A stretch of DNA of 64,000 nucleotides from positions 13,880,186 through 13,944,185 of the forward strand of contig CM119267.1 of NCBI GenBank assembly GCA_051294375.1, given 5' to 3'. The notes below the pieces were generated by a model that saw only the letters and a program-made list of their open reading frames with translations, was not told the origin of the DNA and ran no database searches. This DNA is from Paraspadella gotoi (Eukaryota > Animalia > Chaetognatha). How positions within the stretch are numbered: position 1 is the stretch's first letter; each line of letters begins with the position of its first letter. Positions 11,720 through 25,300 of the stretch are shown piece by piece. A program made the translations under genes and the position numbers.

Positions 11720-14610
11720 TCCCGATCGCGCCTTGCCTATTCGTTCTGAAACTTTTCCTTTGAATTTTCTCTCAGCCGATTTTAACTGGCGAAAAATCGT
11801 CTTCGTCGTCTGCTTTCTTCTCCTTCTCTTTTCTTATTTTCTTCGTTTTCCTTTTTTTTTTCACTTTTCTTCTTCCTATCCTTTATATCTCTCCTATTTC
11901 CTTCTCTTTTTACATCATCCATCTTCTTTTCATTTCCTATTTTCCCTTTTTCCTTTCTTTTCTTCTTTTTCGTCGTTCCTATTCAATCTTGTCATTTAAT
12001 TTATTATCATTTATTTTGTCTTCTTTCCATTTCTCTCTATTCCTATTTCACCGTCTCCTTATCCCTCTATTCTTTTTCTTTTCTCCTTCCTCCTTTCTCC
12101 AAACTCGCGGAGGCGCCATTTCTTCGGCTTTCCAGCAAATCAGTCCCGCGTCCAAAACGAGCCATATTCAGCCGCCATAAACAATTGGCATTTCTCCGTT
12201 TCTTCCGTTTGGAAGGCGGAGGCTACACCCTGCCAGGCCCTGCCGCCCCCATCCTACGTTGTGAGATCGCTTCTTCCGCCACCACCATAGCGCCTCATCT
12301 CAGATGGTAACCAGAGCCGCGAGATCGGTTCAATTTTTTTCCAATCGCCGTATTTGTGAATAATAGCGTCGAATGAAGTTTTCATCTTAACACTCACTCC
12401 AAGGATTTTTCCTCACAATAAGACCAAGTCCTTTTTCAATTTTCGGGTCAGAAAAATCCGCCGTCGTCCCGAGACGCGAAGCCGAGACTCTCGGGACGTC
12501 TCCCGATTTTTCGCTCTTTTAAACCGGGAACCACTACCGGTTTTTGCCCGACGTCGTCGGTCGTCTCGTTTTGGCATCGGAGCGCGCCGTGTACGTTTTT
12601 CGGCCTCCGTCGTCGTCGTTGTTGTTTAATGTTTATGCAAGTCGAGTCGTAGTTATTTTATCGTTTTTGGGTCGTCCGTCGTTTTTTTTGGCTTTTCTTC
12701 TTGTCCGGCCGGTGCAACTTTGCATTTGCGACGCCATCAAGAAACTTACATACAAACAAATCCGACATGTCCTACACACTGAATCAATACTTTTAATTAT
12801 AAAACGCATCAATTACCAAAGAATTTACTCCATTCGAAGTCAAATAACCGACAAAATGTTTGTCTTCCAAAAAAACCCTCAGAAAGCCAGAGGATGGAGT
12901 TCCCCGTTTAGCCACCTGGAAGGCGAGAGGCGAGCCAACGGTTCTATGACCTTGTTTACAATTTGTTTTGCAGTCTTCTTTTCTCGTCGTCGTTCGCGTT
13001 GGGACGAAAAAATGGAAAACATTTCCCAATCTAAGACGACCGAAGTGTTTGTGCGCCCGGGTGCATAACAACAACCAACAAACCATCAATACAACAACAG
13101 CGACAATAATACCCCGAACGTGATGAGAAAAAGCGGAGAAAAAATGTTTTTCAAGTTTTTACTAAGGCCACCTATTAGAATCTGTCGTCGTCTTTTTATT
13201 TTTTATTTTTAATTTTGGTTTTTGTTTTGTTTGTTTGCGACCAAAGAAACAAGGATTGCAGTTCAAATAAAGACTCTATTCCAGAAAAAAGCAAAACAAC
13301 TGCAGAATACGACAAACATCAACGACATCAAAGAATGAAATTATGTACTCGATCTCTGGAATTAGAATAAACCTAATGACTAAGTCAATCACTTCCTCTT
13401 CCTCAAACCCCTCGCCCCCCCCATCCTTTTCCTCCCCTATGTCAATTTGCCACTTGGCGCCAATCAACACGGCAAACGCTGATTCGGCTGACAATTTCCG
13501 CCGCCGACCCGCCGTAGTCGCCGACCGCCGGCTGATTTTTGTCTCCGCCGGAGAAATTTTCGTCTTACGACGTCGTTGAATCGCGCGTCAAGTGTACAAA
13601 ATTGTCAAATTACATCCGAGGTGAGATGAGAGAGAGAATTTTCATTGATTCCTTCTTATATATGCGGGCCTTTTGCGTCCGAAACCGAAGTTAAATACTG
13701 AAAGATTTTCTTGATTCTACTTCTATTACATCCCGTCTTTAGCGTCTCAATCCGGTTTACATCTGGGGAAAATGGTCTCGATTCGTCTTCTGCTTACATA
13801 CAAACATTCCGAATTAATCCGGAAATGGGAAATATTATGCTCCTGGATTTGCGCGGATTTGCGTCGATCCCTGGATATTTAATTAACGTTGAGCGCCCGG
13901 ACGCCATAGAGAGCAATCCTCGAGAGGAAGAGGGGCTTCTTGAATGGAAAGTAGGAGTAGTCCTGACTTTATCTCCAATGGTCGCCCCTCCCCCCCAATA
14001 TCGCTCCAGACTCGCGAAGAATCTTCCTCTTCTTCTCTTCAACGAGGGGATAATCATTCGTCGACTCTCTCGCCGCGCGGAAAAGAGTAGACGGCGAATC
14101 TCGAAGAAAGCCAAGCGAATATTGCACCAAAAGAGATGAAAGAGAATGACGATTTTTCGGCGTTTGATTCGTCGCGAACAGACTTCATTGTGCCTGTTCT
14201 GTCTGTCTGCTGTCCTTTCTTTCTTTCTTTTCTTTTCTTGTCTTCTTATCTTGTCTTCTCTTTTCTTTCTTTCTTTCTTTCTTTTCTTTTTTCTTTCTTT
14301 CTTTCTTACTGCTATATTTTTCGCATTGTCCCTTGGTATCCTAATTCCTTACCTTTTACCACCAGCCGCTGCCACGCCGCCGCTCACCGCCGCGCCGCCG
14401 AGCCGCACCGCCGCCCGCCGCGCGCCGCCAACCACCGCCTCCCACCAGCACCGTAACCGCGCCGCTAACGCCCGCCGCGCAATCGTCTAAAAAGGGGCCG
14501 CACCCTCCGCTCACGTCCGAGAAAAAACCGTGATAAAGCAGCGTTTAGGAATCATCTCAAACACTTATTGTTTTTGTCCCTGCCGTCATTCACTCAAGTT
14601 ATTTTGAAAG

Positions 14611-14654
<44 letters not shown>

Positions 14655-15019
14655 CTCTCTCTCTCTCCTCTCTCTCTTCTTCTCTCTCTTCTCTCTTCTC
14701 TACTTCTCTCTCGGTCACGCCCGCCGCTCGGTCGACGCCATCCGATGTCCCTGGGTTCATCAGAAAAAGCGAAGAAAAACCAAATTTAGCATTCCTATTT
14801 AACAGATCGTTAAGCCTTTCAGTCTGTGTCTCTCTAACCTCTGCCTCTTGTCCATTCTCCTCCTTCTCCTCCTCTATCCTTGTTTCTTCGAGAGACTCCT
14901 GTCTGCAAGGGAACCAAGAAAAAGAAAAAGAAAAAGAAGAAAAAGAATCGCAATAACGAAAATAGTTCGACGGAACGAAAAAGGAGAGAGAAAAGATCGG
15001 AGGGCGGACTTCCCGGCCT
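8166..15019 (-). repeat. Right arm of ~7 kb inverted duplication (indel-rich, gap-free copy)
   Basis: Reverse complement of 1-7156 with many 1-nt indels. It has (AG)n/(CT)n sequence where the left arm has N runs (301-427, 6476-6674). Confidence 0.95.
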
Positions 15020-15301
15020 GAGAGAGAGAGAGAGAGAGAGAGAAGAGATGGAAGAGAGAGAGAGAGAGAGAGAGCAGAGAGAGAGAGAGAAGGAGAGAGA
15101 GAGAGAGAGAGAGGAGAGAAGATTTAAAGGGGGAAGAAAGGGAGAGAAGGGAGGATGAAAGACGGAGGGGAGAGGAACGAAACAGAGACAGGACAGAGAA
15201 GGGAGAATGGAAAGATGGTACTTATTCGACGTCTGTCACAATGAAGCGTTCGAAGGAAGGAAGGGAGGTTCGAGGTTCGAGTCATTTCTCTCATCTTTTT
15301 A

Positions 15302-15350
<49 letters not shown>

Positions 15351-15869
15351 TTTACTCTCTCTCTCTCTCCTTCTCTTCTCTCTCTCTCGTTCTCTCTCTC
15401 TCTCTCTCTCTTTCCTCTCCTCTCTCTCTCTCAGAACCTCTTTCCCAACCCCTCATTTCTTTCAATTCTTTGCTGTTGTTTGGGCCTTTTGAGAACTGTT
15501 TTAAACGAGTCAGATGGCTGCCTCATTTTCTTTCTCTCTCGTCTCTCTCGTCTCTCTCTCCTCTCTCTCCCTCTCTCCTTCCTCTCTCTCTCTCTCTTCT
15601 CTCTCTCGTCCTTCGCTTCGTCCTCGTCTTCTCTCCTCTGTCTCATCCTCCCTCCGGAAAAGCCCGTCTTTGATGAGGATTTCCGGGATTGCCGTCCGCG
15701 ACGGGTCGACTAAAAGTTCGATCTTTCAGTCGACCGCTCTCTCCGCCGCGTCTCCTCTCCCACCTCTTTCCCTCCCTGCTCACCATCCTCCATTCTGCCA
15801 AATCGCTTGCAAGGGATTAAACAAAAACGTTACTAAGGTACAAACAAATATTTTTTTTAATTATTATTA

Positions 15870-16101
15870 TTTTTTCAACTTGCATCATTTTTTCAACTCG
15901 CATCATTTTTTAACTCGCCTAATTTTTTTAACTTGCATCATTTTTTCATTTGCATCATTTTCTTAACTGGCTCCATTTTTTTAACTCGCATAATTTTTTT
16001 AAATTGCATCATTTTTTTAAATTTGTATAATTTTTTCAACTTGAATCATTTTTTTAACTTGCATAATTTTTTCAACTTCATAATTTTTTCAACTTGCATC
16101 A
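15870..16101. repeat. ~21-bp minisatellite (TTTTTTCAACTTGCATCATT-like), about 11 units
   Basis: Units read directly. They are preceded by a ~50-bp segment (GCAAGGGATTAAAC...GTACAAACAAAT) that recurs at ~16267-16318. Confidence 0.9.
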
Positions 16102-16392
16102 CTTGAATGAGTAAACATAAATATAACAAGTTTGAGCAAACAATGTTGGATCTGCCTCTGATAATTAAGTGGTAATTAGCTAATCAGATGATAAATCATG
16201 ATAATTCTTTCAATTTTTGATCCTAACTGATCATAAAAGATCATACCATACCAAACCAATGGCTGCGCAAGGGATTAAACCTAACTGTTACTATGGTACA
16301 AACAAATCATTTTTTTAACTATTATTTTATATATATATACATATAATATATACATATATATATATATAATAAATTATATATATATTATATTC

Positions 16393-16857
16393 TGCTCAAT
16401 CACACACTTTCCTACCCACACACACAATTTCATCTCATTCTATTCATCCAATTATGATTAATTTGTAGTAAAAGATTCAGTAAATGCGACTTATGTTTTC
16501 CATTTAACTCATTTTCCACTTACTTTATATCCAGCTCAATCACACACTCTCCTACTAACACACAAAATTTCATTTCCATCTATCCATCCAATTATGATTA
16601 ATTCGAGTAATTATGGGTTAAAATTAGTAAAAAGATTTTAGTAATGTGACATGTTTTTTCCATTTAACTCATTTCCACTCGCACGATTCCATCGAAACTT
16701 AATCACACGCTTTCCTAACCACAAACCATATTTCACTCAAATGCATCTATCCAATCACGAGTAATTTGATTTTTTTACTTAGGGGGGGACGGACGGACGG
16801 ACGGACTAAAAAGCTTCACTTTCCTCAAATTCACATCCTAAGTTAAGGAAGTGAAAA
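16393..16857 (-). mobile_element. 5' part of a DINE-1/HINE-like (Helentron-associated) element with ~140-160 bp central tandem repeats
   Basis: On the minus strand: T-run + CACTTCCT, its inverted copy AGGAAAGTGAA ~20 nt later, then (GTCC)5 (16787-16806), then about three copies of a unit containing AATCACAC..TCCTA..CAC...ATCCAAT(T/C)A(T/C)GA. This order matches the DINE-1 architecture. The 3' end was not found. Confidence 0.6.
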
Positions 16858-17159
16858 GAGGCGCCAAAACTCAAAGATTCGCTACTCGAATCTTCGAACG
16901 CAATTTTCCCTCGAGTTATGAGCGAAAAGGGAACGCGCGGGAAAAAAAAGCTGGACCGAGTCAAAAAAATTTACTGACTTTTTTTCTCTCTCTCTCTCTC
17001 TCTGGAACGGAGGGAGAGTTTCGAAATTTACAAGCTTTTTTTTTCAAGACGCTTAGAAACGAGAAGTGTGCGTCTTGCGAGGTATTTTTTTATGCTCAAG
17101 CGGCGCTAGGGTTTCGTAACTTCATTTGAGTGAGTAGAGAAAATGCTTTTTGCAAGTAT

Positions 17160-17390
17160 ACCGTCAGAATAAAAGCCTTCCTCCTGGTGGGTGTCTAGGG
17201 GCGACACCTGAGGGTCATACCTAGAGAGAGGAGTGGGCAAAAATTTTATACCTTGGTATGCCCCCAAGGAGGAATTTTTTTTTAGCATTTAAGGGCGGCC
17301 CCTTTGCAGATACCCTTGGGGTGTAAAAAATTGCTTTCCCAAGGGGTCACCCCTAGGCATGAAAAAATGTCTACCCTTGGGGTAGTCTTC
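17160..17390. repeat. GC-rich patch of repeated CCCTTGGGG/CCCCAAGG/CCTAG palindromic motifs, possible MITE remnant
   Basis: CCTTGG/CCAAGG occurs about five times in both orientations. No clear TIR or TSD. Confidence 0.3.
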
Positions 17391-18875
17391 TTTTTGTAGC
17401 AAAAGAAGCTAAGCTTCCTTTATCAATTTTGACCAATAATTTTACTCCCTTTTTTTCTCTCTTATTCTTTCTTTTTCTTTTTCTTTTTTTTATTCTTTTT
17501 TATTTTTTATTTTTATTTTTTATTAATTATTTTTTCTTTTTTTAAATTTAGTTTTGAATAATTAAAAATCATAACAGTTCTACGCGCTCTTTTAAAAATA
17601 TTTTTTTAAAAATTATTTTATATAACAAATAATTTATTTTAAAAAAAATATTAGTATAACAATAACAAGAATGATGATAACAACCAAATTGTGTCAATAA
17701 TGAATCAACCACTTGACTGTTAAGTGGGTCAACCTATTTGAGTCATAAAACCAATATAATTGTTTTTTTACTTTTAGTTAGTTTCGACCATGAATTGTTT
17801 TAGTATTGTTTTAACTTTTACTCTTTGTTTTTGCTCATGATTTTTGAATCATTATATCTTGATAAAAAATACGGAAAACTTGTTTTAATTTTCAAACAAA
17901 TAATTTTGCCAAGGTAGTCACCTTAATTGATCGCCCGATAAAAAAATCATGCAACCTTCATTCACTCTTGAATTATTTACAAAACTGTCAAAAATCCTGA
18001 GACGAATGTATAAAATAAAAAAATAGCTGAAGATGATCTCAACCGCTCCGTCCAAGAGTCCGGTCCTTCTACGTTCACCTTCCACACTGCGCCCCTTATC
18101 CTGCTATCGGCGCCGCCAGCGCTGTCACGCTCATGTTCTCCCAAACTTTCAGCTTTTGACTCCACAAACATTTGACTATGGTTAGCAGGCCAATGCCTTT
18201 AATGCTTCCAATGTATTTGACAATATTGCTCACATCCAGAGCATAGCCTGATTTTACGACAGAACCGGCAGTCTGCTAGTAAAGGCCCCTACAACCAGCT
18301 CCTCTATCAATGCCTGCATCAATGATTGCAACAATGATAAGGCTGATGACCAAACTCATACCTATGCAGAAGTCTGCGCTGTCGGCAATGGCAAATCCCT
18401 GTCAACAAAGCCGATATTTCAGCCCCTTCTATCTCCCCAAGAGGAAGCCTTTTTGAGCGACGGTATATCTCGCTTTTTGAGAAAATCATACATGCATTTG
18501 TCGGTACACTCAGTGACCCTCAATTCACTTGTTTTACGAATTCAGGGTCTGGGAACAGAAAATGTGAATTAATTTTCTTCGTTATTTTACAACCGTGTCT
18601 TCTGAAGCTTCGAAGAAATAAGCAGAAAAACATACAAACAAATGGCGCGCTTTCTCATCCCACCTCGAGACGGTCGTGACTCAAGTTTTCTAGTGACATC
18701 TTTGAGATGCCACCAAAGGCGCCCGACAGGTTTAACCCCGCCTCGGCACGCGCCCGAACAGGCTCGTGCCCGGAGCGGCGCGCGCCAAGTTGGACCCGAC
18801 GAAGCGCGCAAAGCTCCGTGGCGCGTGTCTCGCATTTCGTTGGGAAACCCTCGACACGTCCTAAGCTGGTTTTCA

Positions 18876-18915
<40 letters not shown>

Positions 18916-19079
18916 AACTTCTCTTCTTTTTCTCTTCATCTCCTCTCTCTCTCTCTCTCTTTTTCTCTCTCTTTTTCTCTCTCTCTTTCTCTCACCGCAA
19001 GAGGCTTGCTGTTTTATGCGAATCAATAAGCATTAGCAATGATTTTTGTCTACTCAACTATTAACTATCAAACATCTTC

Positions 19080-19114
<35 letters not shown>

Positions 19115-19292
19115 TTTATTTTCTCGCATTCTCTCTCGCACTCTCGTCTCTATCTCCCTCTTGCCCTTTTCTCCTTTTTTTTCCCCAAGACGCCCTCTAT
19201 CGGCGAGAGGAGGCATCAGCGTGGAAAAGACGAAAGGAAGAGCGAAGAAGAAAAAGAGAAAATGTTTTTTCGACCAGAAAAACGACAGAGAA

Positions 19293-19339
<47 letters not shown>

Positions 19340-22300
19340 ATTTTCGGTGCTCTCTCTCTGACATGTTGTCACGATAGTACAAGGACTTCTGCTCATCGCC
19401 TGCACTAAAGTCGAGATGATTCAGAATTTTTTTTGTGACTCGTGAAAAAGGGGAACTGGAGACGGATAGAAAAAGGGGAAAATGGAGAAGTGGGGAAAAA
19501 TGGATAGAGGAAATAAAAGTTTTGAGTGTAATGGATTGAAGGGAGAGAACGAGAAGAAGAAGAATCAAAGCCATTGACAATGGAAGATAAATTTATGGAA
19601 AAAAATAAGAGGAAAATAGTGCGGACGAGGAAAAGAAAGACAGAAAGAAAGACAAAACATTTACGAATGAAGAAATTGTTAATTATGAACTGTGAATGCA
19701 CATGGGTGGGACCCTATATCGAGACAAAACTTAACGTCTTGTCCTGTCTGAACGATTTGAGATACAATAATAATGAGTGACAAAAAGTTTTTTTGGGGCT
19801 TTTTACTTTTATATTAATAAAAAAATAAATTTTTAAGCAACTACAAGGCGTTGTGGATTTTTTCAAAACATTTAGTCGTTTTTATTTGCGCGCATTGTAT
19901 TGCATACGATAAAAGCCATACTTGTTAATATTTTTCAGTGGCCGTTTCTGAATATGACAGTGTTAATGTCACTGACACTGTTATGTCTTATCTTCAATTC
20001 ACCTGATTCTAAGCTTTTCATCACTATTCAAATTGAACCTATTTAATTTTTTCAGGTCGGTAAAACAAAATCTTACATGATTAATTTAATTATCTGACAA
20101 TATCGTTGATAAATTTTTTGATAAAAGTAAGCTTTAATAAAAATTAAACCATAACAGTAACAGTAACTTACACGACTTACCTGCTTACTTTAAAAAGTTT
20201 TTTAACCAAATACCAATGTAAACCTTGCCAGAAGCATTATTATACTTACAAATGAAGTCTTCAAAAATATTTTAACTGTTATGTTTAAAATGAGATAAAC
20301 AATAAGTATTCAAACATTTTTCTTCCCAAACCGCGCGGAGAAACTGGAGCAGTTGCCTTTAGATGCATCAAAAAGCATAATAATCCAAATTAATATATCT
20401 CTAAAATATACAGTGTAGTCCCATGGTACTGTCGGTTAACTTTTACTATTGTGAGGGAACTGTGTATTAAATCTTTATTATCTGAAATAACATGTCAAAA
20501 ATACAGTTCCTTAACCTTTTATAATACTATGATTTCGAATTAAATTTGTTATCAATTTTTCTTTGCAGAACATTTTTTAAATGAGTCCTACATTTCTTCA
20601 CTTTTTATAATTTTTAAATATTTTTTTTATTTTAAAAACATTTTTATAAAAAATAATGATGTAAATTTTTAACAAAAATAAAACTATTATATTTAATTTA
20701 AGTTTTAATTTGTATAAAATAAGTTCATAATAAAAATAAACAAATATTAAGGAAAATAAACAAATATTAAGAAAAATTTAAAAAAATTTAAACAATATAC
20801 TAATTAATTTATACTTTAAATTTATTATTAGAAGTTGCTGCGTGATTAATCATTAACCCAAAACAAATGGTTTTGCTGTTTTGAACTAAGTTCGGAGAGA
20901 GTGGCGTCTTTGAATTCTAACTGACTTGACTAATTCTGCCGCATTGAAGCCAGATGGAATTGAGGTTAAAAATGGCGCAGAAGAGACGATGGCCGCCGGT
21001 CCAGACGCCCTGGAGATGCTGACGACAAAGTCTTCAGTAGACGAGTCGCTAAGGCCGAAATGACGACTGTCCACTAAGCAGGGACTTGCGAAAGGTCTGA
21101 TAGTCTTGCTTAGTCTTAAGAAGGGGTCGTAGCTGATTGTAGCTTGATTGTAGCTTTAGTTAGTCGTAGAAGGAGTCGTTAGTCTTTGTAGTTAGAAAGT
21201 CCTGGGGCAAGGAATTAAACAAACATTTAAGTACAAAACTCAGCAAATATATTATAAATTTAAAGTGTCTTTCTTAACTTGTTTCTGAAGCCAATAAATA
21301 TACAAAAATAGAGAATGCTTCTTCTCATTAGAAAAGTCCACCAAACCAGCGATCACCACAAAAATGACATTCCGAGAATATCTAAATAACGGAGTTTCTA
21401 TGCTCTGAAAAAGAACTTTAAAAACCCAGTGACAACTTCTGAGAATCTGAAGTGCCACGTGGATAGAATTCCGATAAGAATCTTAATCAATCTATGCGAA
21501 ATCACGGGCACCATCAGAATCAGCTGTACACTGCCTTCGGAAATTTCTGTACTTAAGTAGAACAAGAAAAGAGCAAAGATGTCGTGTCGATCGTAGAATG
21601 GAAGCAAATTATTCGATTCAGGTAATAAAGAGCAAAAAGACAGGCAACGGGAAAAAGGTTAGAAAGCTGGATTTTTACTCGAAATTTTAGAGATAGTATT
21701 TCGTACACCCCGCTGATTGGGCTTATGTCAAGCAATACCAAATACCCTGAGCATGTCCAGAAATAACAATCTAAAATATCGGTCGCAGGGGGATGGAAAA
21801 AGGAAAGGAGAATTTTAAAATGCTGGTATGCAAAACATTGCGCCCAGGATACCTGTAATACCTCAAAATACCTTAAAAATACCTAACAAAAAACTGACAA
21901 AAAGCTGACGACGGTTGAACGGAACAGACGGGGGGTGACGACGGCAGACGGACCAAACCTACCGGCGACAACCCTCTTCCACACAGCTTAATTGTACTTC
22001 AAGTATATCATGTTTGAAAGAGAAACAGTGGGTTACACAATAATGATTTAGAAAACGCCGACGCATGAGTGTAATAGTAAACTAACGAGTTGTCGTAAAT
22101 TCTAAACACTAATCTTTCACCCAAAACAGACTTCATAGCACAACTTTGCCGCTCGGTTCACGGAAACGGCCGGAGGTGCCGCTCCACCACTTCTGCATGA
22201 ATTGCGAAGCGCCGTGTGACGAATTGCCGAAAACGAACGTCTCTGACTACGAATAGGAAAAAACCAAAAATAAACTCTGTACGGGCGTAGTATCACTTTT

Positions 22301-25300
22301 ACACCCATTCAACCGTAATCCAAAAAAACGAAAACACTTAAAAACCTGGTTTCCAATCCTGGTTTTAAACTTTAAAAAACGCTTTGCGCCTACACTGAAA
22401 AAATTGACCCACATACAATTGACCTATAAATAAATTGACACAAGGCAGGGGGGAAATGAGACTGGAAAGGAGAGCTAAATATTTCTGGCTGAACAACTGG
22501 ACTAACACATATAAAATGACTTTTTTGCAGCTGACTTCGGGCATCATAAAACTACAAAATAACTGAATTCAAAAGCAAACGCAATATAAAAGCCTTATCG
22601 AAGTTATCGTTTAATGCGGTTATAACTTGACCCCGGTGGCCGACTTTTAAACCCGTTTATTAACTTAGTCGAACCACGAGGCACCGGTTGTAACTGACCC
22701 CGGCTGGCCGATCTCCGGGCGCCGACATATATAACACCCGAATCCTTTGGAAAAAGTAGCCAACTAAAAAAGGAAACGTGAAACTAACTGGAGCCCTGAA
22801 TCAAGGCAATACGGCGCCGCCTGACAAATCGAATTCCATTAGATGGAAACCGAAAAGTAAAAGAAAAATTCTAAGGTTGTCGGGATTTGGTAAACGATAT
22901 ACCACGTTTAACCGAAATCAAACTTTCTCGCCCCCCGCAGAACGAATTGAGATCTCGAAGTTGATACTGAACCGGCTAAGACAGTATCAACCCTTCGACC
23001 TTCAGAACGAAAACATGGCGAGGCCAAACAGGTGCCTTTCATAATCACGAACAAACCAGAGACGAAAGACACAAATCTCAAAATATTCAAATTTATCTCA
23101 CGCAGGTTACGCCGCATAAAGATCGACACACTACTTCAACGCCACTTCAGCATACTCCCACAGTCATACCTTCACGATCTTGATAGAAGCCCCCCGATGC
23201 GAAAGACCGAATCTTTTGAAGCATCTGCGTACATACGTCTCCTTACAAAAATATTAGAGAAGCACAACCATACATACGACATCGAAAAAACCTTACTACT
23301 CCTACAGGGAAAAAATAGTAAATTGAGACAAATCATTAAAAAATACTAAATCTTGGATTTCAATCCTGCACAAATCTTCGCGAGTCGAAACTTCTTGTAA
23401 ACAAATTCTTCTTTGAAAATGAAATATTTCTGAATACACTGTAAACAAAAATTATTAGCGATTCCTTATTTCTAACCTCTATGTCGTAGTAGGTTGGCCC
23501 AACAAGAAAAAAATATTAAACTAAACCTAAAACGAAATTCAATACCTATCACAATTACTAAAACCCGAAACAATACCAAAAACCAAAAAAATCGAATACC
23601 CTAAGAAACAAATCAGTTCTGATCTGCGGATGCAATAAATCTAGGAACTTACTTTAATTGGTAATTTCTATTTTAAGCATCCGTCTGCCGTTGCACGAGA
23701 ATAACTACGGCAAGCGTAAAACTAGAGACAAACGGACTGGGCGACCCTTCAAACCCTGCCAAAAAAATAAACCAGCAATAACATGGTAATCCCCTCCGCT
23801 TGCCGCTAGGCTCCCTTCATTCCAGCTCCTGGCTAACTATTTATTAACAGGGAGAACATATCAAAAAAGTGAGACGTAAAAGTACCGAACGAATTACGCA
23901 ACCAGACTGACCTGCCACAGAAAGCCGGACATATAACTGTAAGGGACGGGTAAAGTACTTAAAGGGTTCATCGGTTAAGAGTCCTTGCCCGCCTAAAGAG
24001 GAAGAACGGTGTCTAACAAGTAACCTTCTCGTTACGAATGCCGAAAAAAAAATTGAGTTCCCGACGATTTCTCTCAACCAATTCTTACGTGAACGGCCGT
24101 GTGTACAAGAGAAAAGCCGCCGCCTTGCGGCGCGCAGGGAGACAGTCTTGAACAGGGTTGACCGATCACTCAAAAACCTAAAAAGTTGTGAATATTTTAG
24201 CATCAACTCACAAAGCTCCGTCCGTCTAGAGACTTTTGAAACGTTGAGGCAAAAAATTTTATCAAAGCGAAAAATGTTAGGGGCAAAACTATGCTAAAAT
24301 AATAAACTATCAAGGAGATAATCTATATTTTACTTCCTTACTCTAAAGTCGTAACATACATAAATCTCCCTAGAGCTATCAAAAAAAATCACAACTATAA
24401 CATACAAAAATGGGGGACAAGATGGGGTGTTTTTTAAGCAGTGGGGTGGTTATTGCCACGAACACTCACAAAGAGGGTTTCGTTCTTCCGCTCTGTTGTT
24501 CTTCTGGTCGGGAAAGAAACACCTTTGGCGAGCGTCTGGTTTGTTTCCTCCTCTCACATCAACCAAAAAACCTTGACCTAGACTCAATTTCACCTTTTTC
24601 TCAACTCTAAAAACACAGAACAATCTAAAATAAAAAACCAAAAATACCAACTTTGCTTATTTAGTGGGTTAAGGACTTTATTTCTACAAAAACGAAAAAA
24701 TATCAAATATTTTCTAAAAACAACAAAGTATCTTTTAAAAACAATACTTTTCCTAAAAAATCACTAAATTTTCACTTGTCAAAAATGCCGTACCCACGCG
24801 CCACGATACGGATAAGGAACGAACCTTGTTCGGTTACAAAAAACGAAAAATTTTCGAAAAATATAGCAAAAAATGTTAAGTCCCAAAAAATACAAGGAAA
24901 AGAACTACGCGTAGTTTAATTTGTAATGCTTGGGGGAAAACGGGGGAAAATCCAAACTTTCTCCCGAGCGTTAAGTCGTCGAAGAATCTGAGAAAAGGCG
25001 ATGTTTAAAAAACGCTTTATCCGAGATAATCGAAGCCGTACGATCGCATTAAGCTGAGTTAACCTACCCGAAAACAAAACACACAAAATAACATAAAACA
25101 AATTTGATTAAAACTAAAATATTAAGAAAAAACGTAAGTATACAATCAATTATTTTCAGAAATGCGCCGACGCAAGTTCCGCACGATTCAACGCAACTTC
25201 AAATTCGATAGACCTCAGCCGTTAAATTCGTCTCACGATCCGAGCGTCACTAGCGACCGGAAGTCATGTCATCGTCGCCGAAAGCGGATTTAACGAGCTA

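Noticed and set aside
15870-16101. CRISPR array (also considered for 50366-50680 and 59352-59572)
   Set aside because: Units are contiguous with no unique spacers, there are no cas genes, and the context is eukaryotic.
23032-23349. 105-aa ORF as a transposon or viral protein
   Set aside because: No RT, integrase, GIY-YIG or other motif is recognisable, and the sequence appears error-prone.
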